A stretch of DNA of 64,000 nt from Candidatus Uhrbacteria bacterium RIFCSPLOWO2_01_FULL_47_17 (GCA_001791305.1 MGEI01000005.1:340208-404207), one strand, 5' to 3'. Shown: positions 8,983 through 18,403, numbered from the stretch's first letter. Numbers and translations are program-made. Notes: generated by a model not told the origin, from the letters alone.

Positions 8983-10527
8983 TTAGTAGGGACGTTGGGA
9001 GAGTTGGAACGTCACGCTTTGTGCGCTCCCGCTCTGGGTTTGTGAAGGTTCTGCGGTCGCTCGCACACGTGTGGGAGCGACACCGATCGAAACGAGTTCA
9101 TCGACCACGCTTTTTGCGCGCGCTTTTGCGAGCGCAAGATTTGCGGCCGGATCACCGTCGCCACGTGCGTGACCAATCACCGTGAGGTAATACGTTGGCC
9201 AAGCCTTGAGGCGTTCCGCAACGTCTTTCACGTCGCGCGTTCCTTGAATCTCGAGTGTGGCTCTGCCGCGCCCGAAACTGATTGTGTGTGCATCCATGTC
9301 GCCAACGGTCATGAGCGTTTTCCACTCGGCGTCCGTAAGCGCAGGGAGTGCCGCGACACCGCGCACCACTTCGTCCTGACCTTCGCCTGGATGAAAGTTT
9401 GCGGTTTGCATCGCGAGCAGAATCTTGTTGTCAAACAGTGCAGACTCTTTTCCATCCGTCGGATTGGTTTTGAGTTTGCCAGTCTTCACCAAGAATGCCG
9501 AGATCGATGCGATCATTTCGCGCATGGTCGGAAGGCCGTGGAGATCTGCGGCAGTCAGGAGTCCCATCTGCGCGTAGTTTTCCATGGTGTTCTTCCACTG
9601 AATGCCGTTCGCGATTTTCTTCGCCTGCTCTTCGGTGAGCGTGTCGCCGTTCAACTTTGCATCATCCATCACAAGCTTCGCCATTCCACCCGGTGCATTC
9701 TGATACGAGTGCAGCGCGCGGAAGTAGGCTTCCTCCACCGAACGCACCACCTTGGGTTGCTCGATGAGGAACTTGCGATTCACGACGAGAACGTCGACGA
9801 TTGTCCCAGACACCTTGGAGGTGTCATAGACCAGAATGACGTCGGGCAACGCAAGTGCTTTTGACAGTGCAGGTTCCCAAAGGAAATACACGGCCGGATC
9901 ACTTTTGTTTGCCTTCTTCAATCGATCAAGAACATCGTCTGCATCTTTCGCGGCCACGAGCCAGTCTTCTGAGGCAAGCGCGGGCAGCATGTTGGCGATT
10001 AAATGACGGGCAAGTGTTTCACTCGGCGAGTCCGCGGTGGCAACAATCTTCGCATCACGTCGGTTCAGCGCGGACACATTCGGAACGGCTTGCTTGTAGG
10101 CAACACCGCCGTCTGCGCCGTGTGATTCGTCGATGATGAGGGTGATTGCCCCCGGGAAAATGTCGAAGTCCGCGCCAGCCGCGATGTTCGTGTCGATCGT
10201 GAAGACCGCTATGTCGAGCTCGCCTTTCGCGAGCGCTTTCATGCGATCCGGATAATTCGCTTTGTCATCGATCGTACGCACGCCAATTTCACTTCGACCA
10301 AGTTGGTCTCGGAAATTCGGCGAACGGATGACCGCGTAGCCCGCGAACGAATCGAGGCCAATGCGGACATTGGTCTTGAATTTCGTCTCGGAACTCGTTT
10401 GGGTCACGAGGTCAGCTTGGAGCTTCGGAAGGATCAACACCTTGATGGCGAAGAAAATTACGAAGATGATTCCGATCGCCACAAAGGCGGTGATGATAAG
10501 ACGAATGGCTCTCGTGGTTGGGTCCAT
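8983..10527 (-). CDS. OmpA/MotB-family membrane protein with a periplasmic-binding-like domain
   Basis: Start at M140 of the listed ORF with RBS AGGAGG. N-terminal transmembrane helix. The C-terminal OmpA_C-like peptidoglycan-binding motif is YYLTVIGHARGDGD...AKARAKSVVDELV. Confidence 0.6.
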   Translation of the reverse strand: MDPTTRAIRLIITAFVAIGIIFVIFFAIKVLILPKLQADLVTQTSSETKFKTNVRIGLDSFAGYAVIRSPNFRDQLGRSEIGVRTIDDKANYPDRMKALAKGELDIAVFTIDTNIAAGADFDIFPGAITLIIDESHGADGGVAYKQAVPNVSALNRRDAKIVATADSPSETLARHLIANMLPALASEDWLVAAKDADDVLDRLKKANKSDPAVYFLWEPALSKALALPDVILVYDTSKVSGTIVDVLVVNRKFLIEQPKVVRSVEEAYFRALHSYQNAPGGMAKLVMDDAKLNGDTLTEEQAKKIANGIQWKNTMENYAQMGLLTAADLHGLPTMREMIASISAFLVKTGKLKTNPTDGKESALFDNKILLAMQTANFHPGEGQDEVVRGVAALPALTDAEWKTLMTVGDMDAHTISFGRGRATLEIQGTRDVKDVAERLKAWPTYYLTVIGHARGDGDPAANLALAKARAKSVVDELVSIGVAPTRVRATAEPSQTQSGSAQSVTFQLSQRPY

Positions 10528-10636
10528 TACTGTTTCCTCCTTGTTGAAATAGGTCAGTTCGACTTTCGAACTTAGGTCACGTCCGACATTCGGATATGAA
10601 CTAAGAGAAAAGGTCGTTTTTTTTAAGGTGAAACGA

Positions 10637-11632
10637 CTAGGTTCGTACGCGCACTCGCTGTGAGGATCGACGCGTGATGAGAAGAGCGATGAGGCACAGG
10701 GTGAGAAGACTTGTCGGAACAGGATTGACTCCCGTTTCCGACGCACTGCATCCCTTTTGCCGACCTTGATTTGCTTCCGGTGCGGGTTGCTGATCCGGTG
10801 GCTGATTGCTCTTTGCATTCGGATCGGCATTCTGCACGGTTGCGGGTGGTGGCGGTTCCGGCTTCTGTTCGCCGATGGGCCAGTTCGCAAGGTCCATGTT
10901 GGTGACCTCGCCAAGCCAAGCTTTCGCCACATCATCCGGCACACCCTTCAGCAGATCGTAATCCGCTTGGGCCGCATCGGCATTTGTAGTTTCTACTTGG
11001 ACAGCGGTCGCGAGCGCCTTGTTGAGAGCGATCTCATCATTCGCGCCCCAGTACTTTTGTGCCGTTTGGGAAAGCATGTGCTTGCCCGGCATTCCAATTC
11101 CGATGACATTGAGTTCGATGCGACGATTTGGACTCACAACTTCTTGTGCATACGTTTGCATCTTGGCTTTTTCATCGTCCGGTGTCGCTTCACCATCGGT
11201 GACGACGAGGAGTTTGTAATTGCCACGGTTGAACTGACGCTTTCGAACTTCGAGAAGTGCGTCCGCAGCCATCTTGATGGACGTCCCAAGCGGAGTTCCA
11301 CCATTTGGCTGGATCGCATCGATCGATGCTTTGATTGAATCCTTGTTCATCGGACCAATGGGCGTGAGCCAATCGATCGTCATCTTTCCCCAGTTGTCAC
11401 TCACGAACAGCAGAATGCCGACGTGGGTGCTTTGTGGGATTTGATCGATCACCTTCTTGAGCGCGGTCTTTGCGACCGTGATCTTGCTATCGTTACTTCC
11501 GTCGGAAATGGACTCCTTCATGGAGCCAGATCCATCGAACACGATCACGAGGTTGTCATGCGTCACCTCCTCCGCAAACGCGAGGGAGGGAATGATCAGA
11601 GCTGCAAGCACGAGTGCGAGAATCGTTTTCAT
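10637..11632 (-). CDS. Secreted von Willebrand factor A (vWA) domain protein with a C-terminal membrane-anchor / sorting-signal-like tail
   Basis: Signal peptide (MKTILALVLAALIIPSLAFA), MIDAS motif VFDGSGSM, LVVTDGEAT, a Pro/Gln-rich linker, then a C-terminal hydrophobic helix followed by RRSSQRVRVRT. Confidence 0.7.
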   Translation of the reverse strand: MKTILALVLAALIIPSLAFAEEVTHDNLVIVFDGSGSMKESISDGSNDSKITVAKTALKKVIDQIPQSTHVGILLFVSDNWGKMTIDWLTPIGPMNKDSIKASIDAIQPNGGTPLGTSIKMAADALLEVRKRQFNRGNYKLLVVTDGEATPDDEKAKMQTYAQEVVSPNRRIELNVIGIGMPGKHMLSQTAQKYWGANDEIALNKALATAVQVETTNADAAQADYDLLKGVPDDVAKAWLGEVTNMDLANWPIGEQKPEPPPPATVQNADPNAKSNQPPDQQPAPEANQGRQKGCSASETGVNPVPTSLLTLCLIALLITRRSSQRVRVRT

Positions 11633-11645
11633 GTGGCACCTCCTC

Positions 11646-13610
11646 TTACAGTTCGTAGTCGGAAGCGGTGGCAGCCTCGGCCGAAACTCGGACGATGCTG
11701 AACTCCACACGACGATTCTTTGCGGCTTCATCCGGACTCCGAGGCTTCACGATGAACGGGTCGCTTGCGCCCGCACCGACGACGGTGATCTGGCTCTCAT
11801 CGAGCTTCGCACCCTTCTTCGCCGCGTATGCAATCAGCGACTGCCGTACCTGATTTGCGCGATCGCGCGAGAGCGCGGTCGCAGCCTCCGCAACGCGCGA
11901 AGGACTTGCCGCACGACGCGACGGATCCGGATCGTCCCGCGTATCGTCGATACCGGGCTGATGCACGAGCGCGAGCACTTGCTTCGCGTTTGCGAGATCG
12001 AGCGGCTTGCCGTCGATCGAGTAGCTGAAGTTGCCGGGCGTTCCGGCTTGCTTCACAAGGCCTGTCGCCATGCCCTTCTTCAGGATCATAGAAACGAGCA
12101 GCGTCGTGTCCGTGTGACCACGGATGACGATCGGTGCGCGCGTATACTTGGCCGCAAGCTTGATGACGTCATCGAACTGCGCGCCGTACTGACCTTCGTT
12201 GAACTCCACTTGGTTTTCCAAGAAGTAGGCGACAAACGAGAGCATGGTGTTTTCCCCAATCGCGCCCGTCTGATTCAACTTCTCGATGTCTGCCTGAACG
12301 GCTTCTGCGTTGAAACGCGCGGTGCGCTTCACGTTGCCGGAGGCAAAACCGTTGAACACACTGTGTGCCCAGTCGATCTTCGCACTTGGAACATCGACGC
12401 GCACGGTTGTGACACCGAGGGCTGCGGCGAGGTCGTTCGTGAGATCGGAGAAGTACTTGTGACCGGTCGGGTTTGCGGGGTCATCCCACTCCACGTTTCC
12501 GGCAATGCCGACAAAGGATGCGTCGAGCAGAAGACCGAACGTATCGGTTTCCGACGGACATCCACCCTTCCAAACGTCATTCACTCCCATCGCAAACGCG
12601 AGGAGGGCACGCATTTCTTCCGAGCCCTTGTTTTCGTAGTCGTGGCGAAGCGCCGTGACCTGTTCGACCGACTTCGTGTACGCGGCCGCGAATTTCGTGA
12701 CCGTGTCGCGATTGGTCGTGTTGAACTTGTGACTGACAAAGTAGACATCCGGAATCGACTTGCGCCGATCCGCCGTGGACACGAGTACGTGAGCGCCCTT
12801 CACAGAGCCTTCCGCACCCGAGCCCTTGCTCGTGAGACCGCCCGTGAGCGCTGCCATGTCCGGAGACACCGCAAACGCACAGTCCACTTTCGCGTTGTCG
12901 CGAAGATGATTCGGTGGGTCGTCTTTCTTCGGGTCATTGCTGATGCCGTTTGCCCAAACGATGGTCACGTCCGACATCTTCAAGTTCACGTCCCGAAGGA
13001 TGTCGAACAAGAAGCTTTCGTGCGGACCTGCCTTCTGGATCGACACTGTTGCGCCTTTCAATTGCTTGATGTCCGTGATCTTGTCGCGGCAAACCAAGTG
13101 ATCGCCCGCCGACAGCGTGAGCACGAATGCCTTTTCCGGACACAGATCTGCATTCGGGGTGGGGCACAGCTCCGCGAGGTAGCGGTTGATGGTTGGAAAG
13201 GTCATGCGCAGGAACGGTGTTTCGCCGCTCTTGTACTTTGCAATCTGTGCGGCCGTGTCGTCTGCCGGAAACAGCTTGAAGTTCAAACCGTACTCGGCAA
13301 AGATGGTGCCGACATGCGTCTGCAATCCGCCAAGACCCCAGAAAAGAGGAATCTCAGCACCCCAGAAGATGTACCCGAGGTTGATCGGTTCTCCTGGAAG
13401 GACGTCGCCGCCAGGCAGCTTTGCCTGGACGGGAGCGGCAGCAGCGGGTTCCACTTGCGCGGGTGTTGCTTCCTGTCGCTGTCCTTGCGCGGGCGCGCCT
13501 TGCGCCGCTTGGTTGCCGTTCTGTGCCGGCTCTTCTTTCTTTTCACATCCGCCAATCACACTCGCGAGCGCGAGGGTCATGGCAAACAGAATCATGCGAG
13601 AATTTCGCAT
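11646..13610 (-). CDS. Lipoprotein with an SBP-like domain fused to a C-terminal OmpA-like peptidoglycan-binding domain
   Basis: Lipobox VIGGC (start at M23 with RBS AAGGAG), an Ala/Gln-rich linker, and the C-terminal motif PIVIRGHTD...AASPSRVAEAATALSRDRANQVRQSL typical of OmpA_C. Confidence 0.6.
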   Translation of the reverse strand: MRNSRMILFAMTLALASVIGGCEKKEEPAQNGNQAAQGAPAQGQRQEATPAQVEPAAAAPVQAKLPGGDVLPGEPINLGYIFWGAEIPLFWGLGGLQTHVGTIFAEYGLNFKLFPADDTAAQIAKYKSGETPFLRMTFPTINRYLAELCPTPNADLCPEKAFVLTLSAGDHLVCRDKITDIKQLKGATVSIQKAGPHESFLFDILRDVNLKMSDVTIVWANGISNDPKKDDPPNHLRDNAKVDCAFAVSPDMAALTGGLTSKGSGAEGSVKGAHVLVSTADRRKSIPDVYFVSHKFNTTNRDTVTKFAAAYTKSVEQVTALRHDYENKGSEEMRALLAFAMGVNDVWKGGCPSETDTFGLLLDASFVGIAGNVEWDDPANPTGHKYFSDLTNDLAAALGVTTVRVDVPSAKIDWAHSVFNGFASGNVKRTARFNAEAVQADIEKLNQTGAIGENTMLSFVAYFLENQVEFNEGQYGAQFDDVIKLAAKYTRAPIVIRGHTDTTLLVSMILKKGMATGLVKQAGTPGNFSYSIDGKPLDLANAKQVLALVHQPGIDDTRDDPDPSRRAASPSRVAEAATALSRDRANQVRQSLIAYAAKKGAKLDESQITVVGAGASDPFIVKPRSPDEAAKNRRVEFSIVRVSAEAATASDYEL

Positions 13611-13881
13611 CTTCCTTCTCCTTATCCTGCCGTTGAATAGGAAACGAATCGTGACAGGCCGACCCATTTTTGTCATTCGACAACTGACTCCGGAATTTTT
13701 CCGAAGTCAAGAACTTACCCGAAAATCCAAAAAATGTCAAGCGCTTTTTGCAGAATTCGCGTTGCGGCTTTGTCTAATCAAACTCGATGGGAAAATGGCT
13801 TTGTTTTGTGTTTGCTCTATGGAAATGTCAGAGAAAGCTGACAAAAAAACACCACGATATTTTGTCGTGGTGTTTTTAGGA

Positions 13882-14355
13882 TTATTCTGCGGGTGTTTCT
13901 GTTGGCGCTGGAGCTTCTGCTGGTTTTTCTGCCTCAGCCTTTGCGGCCTCAGCTTCTGCCTTTGCAGCTTCAGCAGCGGCTTTCTTTGCTTCTTCTTCCG
14001 CAAGTTTAGCAGCTTCTGCCTTTGCTTTCGCTGCGTCTTCTTTGGCCTTTTTATCAGCTAAATCCTTCTCCAAGTCCGCTTTTTTGCGGTCACTAATGTG
14101 AGATTTTGCGATTTTCTTTCCTTCTACGAATTTATGGTCGAGAAAGAGGTTCCAAACGGTCGGGGAGCATTGTGCGCCTTTTTCCAGCCAATGTTTGACC
14201 TGATCTGCAGCCACAACCAATGCTTTGGTTCGTGGGTTGTAGTGACCAAGGATTTCAATGGATTTTGCCCATGGATCGCGTGTTTTTGGTTGAACAATCA
14301 CACGAAAAAGAGGCGCTTTTTTCTTTCCAACGCGGGAAAGGCGAATAGTGAGCAT
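13882..14355 (-). CDS. rpsP: 30S ribosomal protein S16 with a long Lys/Ala/Glu-rich C-terminal extension
   Basis: N-terminus MLTIRLSRVGKKKAPLFRVIV; 157 aa, of which about 75 aa form a low-complexity KAEAA tail. Confidence 0.9.
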   Translation of the reverse strand: MLTIRLSRVGKKKAPLFRVIVQPKTRDPWAKSIEILGHYNPRTKALVVAADQVKHWLEKGAQCSPTVWNLFLDHKFVEGKKIAKSHISDRKKADLEKDLADKKAKEDAAKAKAEAAKLAEEEAKKAAAEAAKAEAEAAKAEAEKPAEAPAPTETPAE

Positions 14356-14470
14356 AGGGGAGGGGAAAGTGAAAGAGTGAAAAAGTGGAAGAGTGATGGA
14401 AGGGGCTTTGCTTTATATAAAAAGACAAATACCTTCACTTTTTGACTCTTTGACTTTTTGACTTTGTTTT
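14356..14470. repeat. GTGA-rich palindromic repeat element (copy 1 of 4), upstream of rpsP
   Basis: Arms gtgaaagagtgaaaaagtggaagagtgatggaagg and ccttcactttttgactctttgacttttt flank an AT-rich core. The same family occurs at 34595, 46310 and 55755. Confidence 0.55.
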
Positions 14471-14619
14471 AAATTCTTCAAAACGGCTAGATACACCATT
14501 TCTTCGAGGTCTCAGGTCATTTTTGAGCGTGATGACGTTGTCGGAAGAATAAGGGAACGAGAGTGAAAAGTCAAGGATTCAAATAGTGCCCATTTTAGGC
14601 TATTTTTTAGCTAAAACCC

Positions 14620-14655
14620 TTGACAAAAAGTCCAAAATGTGATATATTAAGGACG
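14620..14655 (+). promoter_or_regulatory. Sigma70-like promoter (TTGACA, 17 nt, TATATT) followed by a roughly 150-nt leader with a terminator-like hairpin
   Basis: ttgacaaaaagtccaaaatgtgatatatt, with a downstream hairpin aaccaatgatt...aatcattggttttttt at about 14775-14815. Confidence 0.35.
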
Positions 14656-15178
14656 TAAAAATCTTTACAATTATGGGGAGAGAGCTGCGCTATCCAGTCC
14701 CATTTTGATAGCAAATTCAAGGTATTGCCCGAGTCACATCGTGGCCGTATTTTTGAGAACCAATGATTGGGTATTTCTCTCGTTTGAAATAAGTAATCAT
14801 TGGTTTTTTTGTTCATCACCATTCGGGAGGCAGCGTGCACAAGCTCATTCTGGATCTGAAGAAGTTCTGGTTCCTGTGGAACAAGGTCCAGCCGGATTGC
14901 CGGTCGACCCTCCTCGAGGAGTTCCTGTTCAACCCTCGTCGATTCGAAATGCGGTTCCAAGCGGAACTCAACTTCCAACTCGAATACAGCCGTCGTTGGC
15001 GGTAAGGAGAGCGACATGACGTTCAAGCAAACGCTGTTCGTGAACGTCGGTCTCGCGGTTCTCATGATGGGTGCGCTCGCGTATGCGGCCATCAATCCGT
15101 GCCGGGAGCCGTCGACGTCGAGGAAGTAACCCCACAAAAACAACGCTCGGCGAATTCGCGGAGCAAGAGGAAAAGGAA

Positions 15179-15418
15179 ATGTCTCAACGGAAAGATGAGC
15201 AGCGTGCGTATGTAGAACGGAAAGCGTTCGCAGAAACCTTGACACGGCAATTTGCCGGTAAAAAGGTACTGAAGATTCGTTTCGATGATATGCAGCAATG
15301 CACGATTGTATTCGATGACGGATCAACGCTGAAGATCGCAAGCAGCCTGTCTTCGTATGACGGTCACCACGAACTGGAAGTCCAAGACCAAAATATCCGT
15401 TACGATTATTGGGAATAG
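15179..15418 (+). CDS. Small hypothetical protein (80 aa), last of three small ORFs in a high-GC stretch
   Basis: RBS aaaaggaa before the ATG; internal start of listed ORF 15071..15418. Two shorter upstream ORFs (about 14836-15006 with a GTG start, and 15016-15129) also have Shine-Dalgarno sequences. Confidence 0.35.
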   Translation: MSQRKDEQRAYVERKAFAETLTRQFAGKKVLKIRFDDMQQCTIVFDDGSTLKIASSLSSYDGHHELEVQDQNIRYDYWE

Positions 15419-15619
15419 GTCAACATCCTCTCACTTAGCCTCGCGCGAATGAGAGACCTGCTCTTTGAAACATTTTCGATCTGCCCGCAGCTGCTTCACA
15501 GCTGCGGGACTCGACTCTGAACATCACTTTGCGTCTCTCGCGAATGTGGTGGTCGGACTGAGTCTGGTTAGTGAGTTTTTTCAACAACATGATCGGCATG
15601 TCCGGTCGGAGGTTCTTTC

Positions 15620-16786
15620 ATGAAGTACAGCATCCTGTTCCTGGTGTCCTTGTTCCTTCTCGGTGCGTGCGGGACGTTCGAAGAATCGAATGCTCCGGCG
15701 CCTGCGACCGAAGAGGATTTGGAAATGGCCGAGTTTCTCGACTGCTCGGAAGTCGGTGACTGTGACGATTCGTTTCCGGACATCAACATCACGATCGAAC
15801 TCGATTGCGAGTCGGTCGATTCGAAGAAAAAAGGCGACATCTGCGTGTCGGTCTGCAACGAGTGCCAGAGCGGCTCCGACTGCATCGACACGGATGCCGA
15901 CTGGTATCCGGACACGTGCGTGACGCCCGTCGAAGCTCCGCCTGCGCGTGAACCGCCGCCGGTTTTGGTGGCTTGCGGTGGGACATTTTTTCCGCTCGGT
16001 GAACTGTGCAGTGGTGCATCCGGTGTGTGTCAGGAAAACGGCACACGCGAATGTTTCGAAGGCAAGCTCATCTGCTCGACGGATCCAAAGGGAAGCGCAT
16101 CGCTCGCGACCAATGAAGTCTGCGACGGTAAGGACAACGATTGCGACGGAGAGACGGATGAAGGTACGTCGCTCGTTTGGTACTTTCCGGACGTGGACGG
16201 TGATGGCTACGGCACAAGCGGCAATGCGCTTCTGAAGCCGGTCGAAGTCTGCACGAATGGATTGATTCCATCCGGCTACGTCTACAAAAGCGGTGACTGC
16301 GATGACAGCTACGATACAATCTACCCTGGCAAGAATTGTCCGTTTCCTGACAGTAACAGTGCATCCAAGTTGATCGTGATCCTCAAGTCATCGAAGAAGA
16401 CAAATATGGTTGGGTACGAAGATGACCCTACAACGTTCTACTTCAAGATTGCAAAGACTCTCGAGGAAGTCGCCGGCAAGTGGAGCAGTGATTATTTTCA
16501 GTTCGATACAGAAAGCGGATTCGCCGAGCTTGCTTTGAACGCGACGGATAAGTATGTCCGGTTCAACACGATCGACGCACCTGGGTGGTGGTCGACGTGC
16601 GGTGGGGCGTTCAACGCATTCAACGCAATTGATGGGGGATTCGCGCTCAATCCTAAGCTCAAGGTTTATCAGCTCAAGAACGGAGCATGGATCAACATGA
16701 CGAGCAAGGTGGAGATGTACGAGCAACCCAACGACGCAAGCAAGACCGACAGCGGTGACCTGTGCTCGGCTCTGCTCAAGCTTTAG
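15620..16786 (+). CDS. Cys-rich lipoprotein with MopE-like putative metal-binding repeats (DGxDNDCDGxxDE), paralogue 1
   Basis: Signal peptide plus lipobox LLGAC, repeated CDGKDNDCDGETDEG motifs, and a C-terminal domain homologous to that of the 16926 gene. Confidence 0.6.
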   Translation: MKYSILFLVSLFLLGACGTFEESNAPAPATEEDLEMAEFLDCSEVGDCDDSFPDINITIELDCESVDSKKKGDICVSVCNECQSGSDCIDTDADWYPDTCVTPVEAPPAREPPPVLVACGGTFFPLGELCSGASGVCQENGTRECFEGKLICSTDPKGSASLATNEVCDGKDNDCDGETDEGTSLVWYFPDVDGDGYGTSGNALLKPVEVCTNGLIPSGYVYKSGDCDDSYDTIYPGKNCPFPDSNSASKLIVILKSSKKTNMVGYEDDPTTFYFKIAKTLEEVAGKWSSDYFQFDTESGFAELALNATDKYVRFNTIDAPGWWSTCGGAFNAFNAIDGGFALNPKLKVYQLKNGAWINMTSKVEMYEQPNDASKTDSGDLCSALLKL

Positions 16787-16799
16787 TTCCTTTCAACTC

Positions 16800-16881
16800 G
16801 TTCGACCAACTTCGGAAATTCCGAAGCTGGTCGAACCTTTTTCAGAGACATCAATCAAAGTGATTGAGTGATCTGAGAAAG
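16800..16881 (+). repeat. Conserved intergenic leader unit, copy 1 (variant): palindrome, CTTTTTCAGAGA box, second hairpin
   Basis: gttcgaccaacttcggaaattccgaagctggtcgaac followed by ctttttcagaga, catcaatcaaagtgattgagtgatctgagaaag. Confidence 0.5.
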
Positions 16882-16894
16882 TTTCTGGGTTCCT

Positions 16895-16923
16895 GTTATA
16901 GGCGGGGTCCCTTGACCCCGCGG
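16895..16923. repeat. GC-rich hairpin element gttataggcggggtcccttgaccccgc (copy 1 of 3), in the 5'UTR of the lipoprotein gene
   Basis: Near-identical copies at 24106 (upstream of smc) and 22607 (inside smc). Confidence 0.5.
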
Positions 16924-16925
16924 AG

Positions 16926-18275
16926 GTGTTTTCCATGAAGTACGGAATTTCGTTTCTGGTGTCCTTGTTCCTGCTCGCGGCGTGCGAGACGACCAATGTG
17001 TACCCGACCGAGGTGGTCGAGGTACCGAAGGCGGAAACCGCGGTGAGTTGCAGTGCGGTCGATCCGACTCAGATCGAGATCAAACTCGACTGTGCGTCGG
17101 TCGGCGCGTTCCAGCACGGCGATTCTTGCATCAGCAACTGTACGCTCTGCAGCTCGCAAGAGATCTGCATCGATACGGACGGCGACAAGTGGAAGGACAC
17201 GTGCGTGCAAGGTGAGACGCCTCTTGAAACCCCGCCGGCTCACGAGCCGACGGCGACAACGGAAGCTCCGCCCGCTCGCGAACCGCCCGTCGAAGTTCAG
17301 TGCGGCGGTACGTTCGGCATGATCGGAACTCCGTGCAGTGGCGCGTTCGGCGCATGTGCGGAAAACGGCGTACTCGAGTGTGCTGACGGCGAATGGGAAT
17401 GTTCGACGGACGTGAAGGGAAGTGAATCTCTTGCGACTGTCGAACTGTGCGACGGCAAGGACAACGATTGCGACGGGGAGACGGATGAAGACTACACGTC
17501 TGACCTTGGCAAGCAGTGCTTCGGCCTGAATCAGTGCGGTCTTGGCCCGGGCGTCGTGGTTTGCAACAAGAAAGGAGAAATCGCGCAGTTGTCCTGCACG
17601 GTCGGAACCCCGTCGACGGCATATGCAACTCTGGATTCGCCGGAGCTCTGCGATGACATCGACAACAACTGCGACGGAAAGATCGACGAAGGCTGCGCGC
17701 TGAAAGTCGATCCATCCGAAGAAGACAATGACAAGGACAGTTACATGGCTCTGAATGACTGCGACGACAACGACGCGTTGATCCATCCCGGTCTCGACAA
17801 CTGCCCGACATTCCAAGGTCTGACCAAGGACAGTTACAAGCTGGTTCTGGTCTGGGGCGGAGCGGAAAACAGTCCGTACACCGCCAACGCGTATTTCAAG
17901 TTCGGAAAGAGTGCGGTCGAGTTGCAGTTCAGCTCGAAAGTGTTCTTCGACAACACGTGGGAAGTGAAAAGTTTCCCGCAATACAATTACACGGCGACGG
18001 ATCTGGAAAAGCAGTCGTCGCACGTCGCGTTCAACGTGTTCGGATATCCGGGTTACTGGTATCTGTGTTCGGGGAACGTCGTCGATACGATTTCATTCGC
18101 GCTCTCGAAGGAGCTTCCGAAGGTGTACCTCATCTCGGGCGGCGTCTGGAAGGAGGTGGGCAGCAAGCTTGAAGTGCTCGCAGCAAATGATCTCGAGGTC
18201 GTCAAAGGACCGATTTACGGCGGCGACTACAACAAGAGCAAGCCGGCCTACTGTGCAGCCATGCTGCAACTGTAA
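16926..18275 (+). CDS. Cys-rich lipoprotein with MopE-like metal-binding repeats, paralogue 2
   Basis: Signal peptide plus lipobox LLAAC, CDGKDNDCDGETDED and CDDIDNNCDGKIDEGC motifs, and a C-terminal domain paralogous to the 15620 gene. Confidence 0.6.
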   Translation: MFSMKYGISFLVSLFLLAACETTNVYPTEVVEVPKAETAVSCSAVDPTQIEIKLDCASVGAFQHGDSCISNCTLCSSQEICIDTDGDKWKDTCVQGETPLETPPAHEPTATTEAPPAREPPVEVQCGGTFGMIGTPCSGAFGACAENGVLECADGEWECSTDVKGSESLATVELCDGKDNDCDGETDEDYTSDLGKQCFGLNQCGLGPGVVVCNKKGEIAQLSCTVGTPSTAYATLDSPELCDDIDNNCDGKIDEGCALKVDPSEEDNDKDSYMALNDCDDNDALIHPGLDNCPTFQGLTKDSYKLVLVWGGAENSPYTANAYFKFGKSAVELQFSSKVFFDNTWEVKSFPQYNYTATDLEKQSSHVAFNVFGYPGYWYLCSGNVVDTISFALSKELPKVYLISGGVWKEVGSKLEVLAANDLEVVKGPIYGGDYNKSKPAYCAAMLQL

Positions 18276-18290
18276 GCTCCTTCATCAACT

Positions 18291-18377
18291 GTTCGACCCG
18301 CTTCCTGGAAGTTCCAGAAGTCGGTCGAACCTTTTCCAGAGATCCCGATCGAAGGTCGATCGAGGGATCTGAGAATG
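18291..18377 (+). repeat. Conserved intergenic leader unit, copy 2 (hairpin type A)
   Basis: Palindrome gttcgacccgcttcctggaagttccagaagtcggtcgaac, box cttttccagaga, hairpin tcccgatcgaaggtcgatcgaggga, then tctgagaatg. SD aaaggaggg follows. Confidence 0.6.
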
Positions 18378-18403
18378 TTTTGTTCAACAAAGGAGGGTGT
18401 CCC

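Noticed and set aside
11457-13640. 727-aa plus-strand ORF (TTG start), Arg/Cys-rich
   Set aside because: It is entirely antisense to the well-supported lipoprotein gene 11646-13610. Its composition is typical of a reverse-frame artefact in high-GC DNA. There is no RBS and no recognisable motif.
14607-15341. 244-aa minus-strand ORF
   Set aside because: It overlaps the promoter, leader and small-ORF region on the plus strand, has no Shine-Dalgarno sequence, and reads as a low-complexity translation.
16896-18023. 375-aa minus-strand ORF
   Set aside because: It is antisense to Cys-rich lipoprotein paralogue 2. It is a low-complexity Arg/Val-rich translation with no start context.
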